A stretch of 56,542 nucleotides of DNA from an uncultured Candidatus Saccharibacteria bacterium (lineage in GTDB: Bacteria; Patescibacteriota; WWE3; 9FT-COMBO-53-11), in contig CAYPTJ010000003.1 in the NCBI GenBank assembly GCA_964413845.1, forward strand, positions 1 to 56,542, read 5' to 3'. The notes beneath the pieces are model-generated. The model saw only the letters and a list, made by a program, of their open reading frames with translations. It was not told the origin of the DNA and ran no database searches. The position numbers were made by a program, and so were the translations under genes. Positions 53,067 to 56,542 of this stretch are shown piece after piece; the first letter of the stretch is position 1; the number at the start of each line of letters is the position of its first letter.

Positions 53067-53712
53067 GCAATTGACCAACAAAGATAGCCGCATCACCTCT
53101 TCCCGGCTTAAGGCCGATTTTGGCAAAGGTTTCTGTAGCTTTCCTCTCTTCCCCTTCATAGCGAGGTTCAGTAGCCGTCATACATCCCCCGTAGGTTCCG
53201 ACCTCAACGAAGGTTTCAGGGTCAAAACTCTTCATCCCAAGCCTTTGGGCTATTGCTAGGGCAATACTTCTGAAAGGCTCAGGAGGTTTTACAATGCCTC
53301 CAGGATAAAGAACGGCACACCTTCTCAGCAAGCAGATATATATGACAGGGTTCTGGGTTCGGGTTGCGATATATCTGCAGTTGGCATCTGTGATCGCTTG
53401 ATCTAGGATCTTCCCCAATAAACCCTTCTTTTGATGTCTGCTTTCAAAGACAGTCCCACTTAAATAGAGTACTCTTTCTCCCGCGATGCAAAGATGATCA
53501 AAGGAACCGAAACCAACAGCTCCTCCAGAGAATCTCGCCACATAGATGGCATCAACCCCAAGGACATGGTTTTTAATATCGTCAGTCTCAACTGGTGTCC
53601 CAAAACCGTCTCTAGTTACAGGAATGAGGCTTTCTAACAACGTTTGCTGTTCCAACTCACTTAGAGTTTCTCTTGGGTTTAGGATAGCCTCAATAGAGTA
53701 CCTATTTTGCAT
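53047..53712 (-). CDS. GNAT-fold acyltransferase-like protein, unknown substrate
   Basis: RHQKKGLLGKIL (Q/RxxGxG/A-like acyl-CoA loop) followed by ATRTQNPVIY. SD GGAGGAG is present. The gene is preceded by a T-box leader. Confidence 0.6.
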   Translation of the reverse strand: MQNRYSIEAILNPRETLSELEQQTLLESLIPVTRDGFGTPVETDDIKNHVLGVDAIYVARFSGGAVGFGSFDHLCIAGERVLYLSGTVFESRHQKKGLLGKILDQAITDANCRYIATRTQNPVIYICLLRRCAVLYPGGIVKPPEPFRSIALAIAQRLGMKSFDPETFVEVGTYGGCMTATEPRYEGEERKATETFAKIGLKPGRGDAAIFVGQLQNPLVL

Positions 53713-53760
53713 CTCTCTCCTCCCCGTTTTTAAGTTTTTTGGATTGGTTTATCTACTCTC

Positions 53761-54095
53761 AAATAAGAAAACCCCGTACTTATCCTGCCACTCTTAAGTG
53801 ACAAACAAGGACGAGGTTTCCTTCGGACACCCCGTGGTGCCACCCTGTTTTACCTAATCGTTACCGATTAGGCCTTAGGGATACTTGACAAAGCAGTGAT
53901 ACCCCACAGTTTGATAACGGTCTGCTTCCGGGTAGAGCTACTTGCAACACTAACCGCGTTTGCTCTACCAGCTTAGTGTTCCATAACACTGAGAGGGCCC
54001 ATTCTCCCCCTCATAGCTGTTTAGGTGATTATTACATACACCTTACGTGCTGTCAAATGGCTGAGCGTGCCGGTCAGGACCCACTCAATCCTTAT
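53761..54095 (-). promoter_or_regulatory. T-box riboswitch leader, probable Trp (UGG) specifier
   Basis: Minus strand carries AGGGUGGCACCACG, with mutually exclusive antiterminator and terminator folds, Stem III, an F-box CCGUUA, and a Stem I lower helix with GAA-UGG-G. See findings. Confidence 0.8.
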
Positions 54096-54354
54096 AGTCC
54101 ATTGTATAACCTCGGGGCTAAATGGCTTGCACTGAGCCTGTCGAAGTAGTTTATGCTGAGCGAAGTCGAAGTAAGACAAACCTGTCCCGTAGTGAACCTT
54201 GTTCTACTTTAATCCTGTTGAGAGCCGAGGGCTCTCAGCCCTCGGGTGAAAACGGGAGGAAAGCAAAGGTTCTGAGGCCGAAGTCCGAAGAAAGCCGAGA
54301 CCTCTTAGGCCTCGGATATTTACTACTGGGATGAGACAGTATAAAAAAGGTGAA

Positions 54355-54392
54355 GCGCTAGGTCGGGGGTTCAAATCCTCCCCGGGGAGCCA
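54355..54392 (+). other. tRNA-like 3' module (variable loop-T arm-acceptor strand-GCCA) without a detectable 5' half
   Basis: GCGCT-AGGTC-GGGGG-TTCAAAT-CCTCC-CCGGGGA-G-CCA. The T arm matches 15 of 17 positions of the tRNA-Pro T arm. Confidence 0.5.
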
Positions 54393-54398
54393 GCACCT

Positions 54399-54426
54399 AA
54401 AAAGCCCTGTATATTGGGCTTTTTTG
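54399..54426 (+). terminator. rho-independent terminator
   Basis: AAAGCCC-TGTATATT-GGGCTTT followed by TTTT. Confidence 0.75.
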
Positions 54427-54505
54427 ATTACAAAAGACTTTTCATTTTGTGAACCTGTGAAATTGATAGTTTTTGTTAGAAGTCCCGCGGTATTATTAGG
54501 TAGCA

Positions 54506-55336
54506 ATGAAAGATTTTCTTAAAGTAGCCACCTTCAGGGTTACGTCCAGATGTAACAATAATTGCAAACTGTGTTTTGCCTCAAAAAATGTTGAAGAAAT
54601 GGGTTTTTCTGAATTAACAAGGCTTTTTAGATTGCTTTATTCGAAAGGCATTAAGGCAGTTCTTTTAACAGGCGGCGAGCCTCTATTAAGAGAAGATTTT
54701 AAGGAAATTGTTGGCGAATTGAAAAGGTATAGTTTTAAGATATTCCTGGAAACTAATGGTGATTTTTTCTTCAAATATAAAAGGTTGATTTCAGACAATA
54801 TCGATGAGCTGGCTATGCCTGTGGATTTTCCAGATAGGAGCTATCGTAACCAGGGCAACCTCAAGGCGGTTTTAAGAGCCTTGGACTACTTTAAGAGAGA
54901 TAAACGCCCGATGATTCGTATAGGAACCGTGGCTACCCAAGAAAACATTAAGGCTTTAAGCGAAATTGGTGAGTTGTTGAAAAAATACCCAGTTGATATT
55001 TGGAAAATCTACCAGTTTATTCCTCAAAACCTTAATGCAGTAAGAAATAGGCATCTTTTGGAAGTTGCGCAAGAAGATTTTGATGAGGCGACTGAAAGAC
55101 TTAAAAAAGATTTTTCGAAATTTTTTAAGGTCGTGGTTTATAAAAGAAAAGAAATGAACAAAGCCTATTTCTTTATTAATCCTGATGGGACTGTTTTTAT
55201 GCCTGTCGATGATGGTGATGTTTTTCAAGAAGAGAGAATTGGCAACATCTTTGAGGAGGATATTTTCGATAGATGGGGAAAATTGGTTTCCAAAAAGAAC
55301 TACACTGGTAACATCAAGTCAACCTTCAGCAGATAG
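54506..55336 (+). CDS. radical SAM protein (no SPASM/twitch cysteines seen)
   Basis: CNNNCKLC (CxxxCxxC) and LTGGEPLLREDF motifs. The gene is visibly AT-rich. Confidence 0.8.
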   Translation: MKDFLKVATFRVTSRCNNNCKLCFASKNVEEMGFSELTRLFRLLYSKGIKAVLLTGGEPLLREDFKEIVGELKRYSFKIFLETNGDFFFKYKRLISDNIDELAMPVDFPDRSYRNQGNLKAVLRALDYFKRDKRPMIRIGTVATQENIKALSEIGELLKKYPVDIWKIYQFIPQNLNAVRNRHLLEVAQEDFDEATERLKKDFSKFFKVVVYKRKEMNKAYFFINPDGTVFMPVDDGDVFQEERIGNIFEEDIFDRWGKLVSKKNYTGNIKSTFSR

Positions 55337-55523
55337 GGCTAATATTTGTTTTGTTTGTTCCATTGCCGTTTCTGGATGTTTAACCAACTCCAACCAATTT
55401 GCTGTTCGAAAATCGTCCCAGCCAGCGAGCCACCGTCTACCGGGATAGACAGATTTAAATCTTATATATCTGAAATCCGTAAGGCCTTCGTCCGAACTTG
55501 TGTTTCGTTATAATGGGGGTAAT

Positions 55524-55709
55524 ATGTCTATTTTATTTAACAGCATCATTTTTTGGGGACTGACAATTTTTGGGTTTGTTGCCGGACTTTTACTTTCAAG
55601 AAAGAAACTAAAACTCCCCTTATTAACTTCCATTATTATTTCTATATTGTCATTGTTGTTTTTTGCTTGGCTAGGACTTTTTATCCTAGGATCGTTGGGC
55701 AGCTTGTAA
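55524..55709 (+). CDS. 61-aa two-TM membrane peptide
   Basis: ATG lies 9 nt after TATAAT (55509-55514) with GGGGGT in between. The peptide is hydrophobic. Confidence 0.5.
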   Translation: MSILFNSIIFWGLTIFGFVAGLLLSRKKLKLPLLTSIIISILSLLFFAWLGLFILGSLGSL

Positions 55710-55811
55710 ACAAAATTTCTAACCTCACTACCATAAACCCAACGCTTTATGCGCCAGAGAGGGGACTAGGACTTGTTGCATCACTTCTAAATTATTACTA
55801 AACTGGTATTA

Positions 55812-56372
55812 ATGCCTAATCCCGCCAACGACACCGAACCCCCTTTAATTGACGTTAAGGTCACAAACCCGCTTACTTACATCAAAAGATGGTGGAACCG
55901 AATAATTGGCAACGAAGGTATTTCTCTTAGTTTTAGGGTCAGACCCCTAACCGCGTTAGCAATTGCTATCGTTGTTTCCAGTTTAGCCTTTGGCGTAGGG
56001 CAGTTTGTTCTGCCATTTAGTGTTCCTTTCTTTAAGCCGATTCCGGAAGACATTACCCTTCCGACACCAGACCCTTGGAGGGAAACAGCTTTTACTGGAA
56101 CTCTCCAATACTCCCAAACGACCGGCAAATATTATCTAGTTACCACATCATCGGAGGCAATTGCACTAGAGGTGCCAGACAATATCGACTTGTCGGGATT
56201 TGTAGGAAGAAGAATTTTTGCAGCAGGAAAATACAACAAGTCTGCAAGAACCCTTGTAGTTTCTGACGCCAGAAACACGGAACTTCTACCTAAAAGCCCA
56301 AATCCTCTCCCCACTGTAAGCCCTTCGCCATCTGAGTCTCCAACTCCATCGGAAACTCCCACACCTGAATAA
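55812..56372 (+). CDS. membrane-anchored protein with Pro/Ser/Thr-rich tail
   Basis: One TM helix (LTALAIAIVVSSLAFGVG) and an SPSPSESPTPSETPTPE tail. The P/S/T-rich coding continues in frame after the TAA. Confidence 0.55.
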   Translation: MPNPANDTEPPLIDVKVTNPLTYIKRWWNRIIGNEGISLSFRVRPLTALAIAIVVSSLAFGVGQFVLPFSVPFFKPIPEDITLPTPDPWRETAFTGTLQYSQTTGKYYLVTTSSEAIALEVPDNIDLSGFVGRRIFAAGKYNKSARTLVVSDARNTELLPKSPNPLPTVSPSPSESPTPSETPTPE

Positions 56373-56542
56373 ACGCCAATCCCTAGCCCCTCGCCAATCT
56401 ACTCACGAGGTAAAATGGTTCTGTGCAGGAAAATCTGGAGATTTGCAGGTAACAGTGGGCAAAATAAGACGTTTCGCTTCGCTCCACAATCTTCTTTTCT
56501 CGCTTCGCTTGAAAATAGGGACCTCGGTCACCTTAGGGTGCC

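Noticed and set aside
54028-54056. Near-consensus minus-strand promoter TTGACA-17-AATAAT as the T-box transcription start
   Set aside because: Starting there would put GAA-UGG-G at the extreme 5' end with no Stem I around it. The canonical fold, with the lower helix 54080-54089/53988-53997, places this sequence in the distal part of Stem I. A TACAAT box at 54102-54107 (minus strand) is a better-positioned -10. The question remains open.
54122-54334. 70-aa ORF as a protein-coding gene
   Set aside because: It has no SD. The sequence is dominated by hairpins and dispersed repeat words, and the peptide looks like low-complexity translation of structured DNA.
54114-54392. tmRNA (ssrA) ending in the T-arm/CCA module
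   Set aside because: The acceptor 3' strand CCGGGGA with discriminator G cannot form the G3:U70 alanine identity pair. No complementary 5' strand (TCCCCGG or GGGG...) is present, there is no GGUUUCGAC-like D-loop analogue, and no tag ORF ends in a hydrophobic Ala-rich tail. A permuted two-piece layout does not fit either, because a terminator follows the CCA.
54040-54392. Intron-containing or class II tRNA using the 54355-54392 3' half
   Set aside because: Candidate 5' exons (AGCGT at 54064, GCCTCGG at 54309, CCCTCGG at 54240) lack D arms and proper anticodon loops. The only local helix (TACTG/CAGTA) has an 8-nt loop without U33.
55376-55516. 46-aa Cys-containing ORF after the radical SAM gene as a RiPP precursor
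   Set aside because: It has no SD. The radical SAM protein lacks a SPASM/twitch domain and any recognisable peptide-binding domain. It is mentioned only as a low-probability idea in the AT-rich block finding.

Overview
The window reads as a chromosomal segment of a small-genome bacterium, probably CPR/Patescibacteria-like. That assignment is an inference from three things: S5 is followed directly by L15 with no L30 gene, many ribosomal proteins carry short extensions, and the DNA is dense with short word-like repeats. The core (6.7-22.0 kb) is a near-complete S10/spc/alpha ribosomal-protein cluster: rplC to rplQ with secY, adk, map, infA and rpmJ, then rplM-rpsI. It has no rpsJ in front, and a YbaB-like gene sits between secY and adk. 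The rest is mostly housekeeping: plsY, recA, rny, ymdB, hup, nfi, comM, secDF, recJ, a RelA/SpoT homologue, aspS, gltX, tRNA-Trp plus trpS, RNase P RNA and tRNA-Pro. Small orphan genes are interleaved among these. The strongest non-obvious signal is a complete T-box riboswitch on the minus strand (about 53761-54095). It has an antiterminator/terminator switch, a UGG specifier candidate and a UGGC bulge that matches the G73 of the nearby tRNA-Trp. It controls a GNAT-like gene rather than an aaRS or biosynthetic gene. Next to it lie a hairpin-rich non-coding block ending in a tRNA-like T-arm/CCA module, and a visibly AT-rich radical-SAM block. Other notable items are a three-gene orphan operon (zinc ribbon, deoxyribosyltransferase/DNPH1-like, 76-aa protein) beside tRNA-Pro, a tRNA-Pro acceptor minihelix copy, a recoded duplicate of the rpsI 3' end, and several families of short repeats (heptanucleotide arrays, a 24-mer, 44-bp tandem units, GC hairpins, CATACT palindromes). 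Some of these repeats sit in frame inside essential genes. No CRISPR array, transposase, integrase or rRNA was seen. All family calls come from motifs read by eye, and no searches were run.
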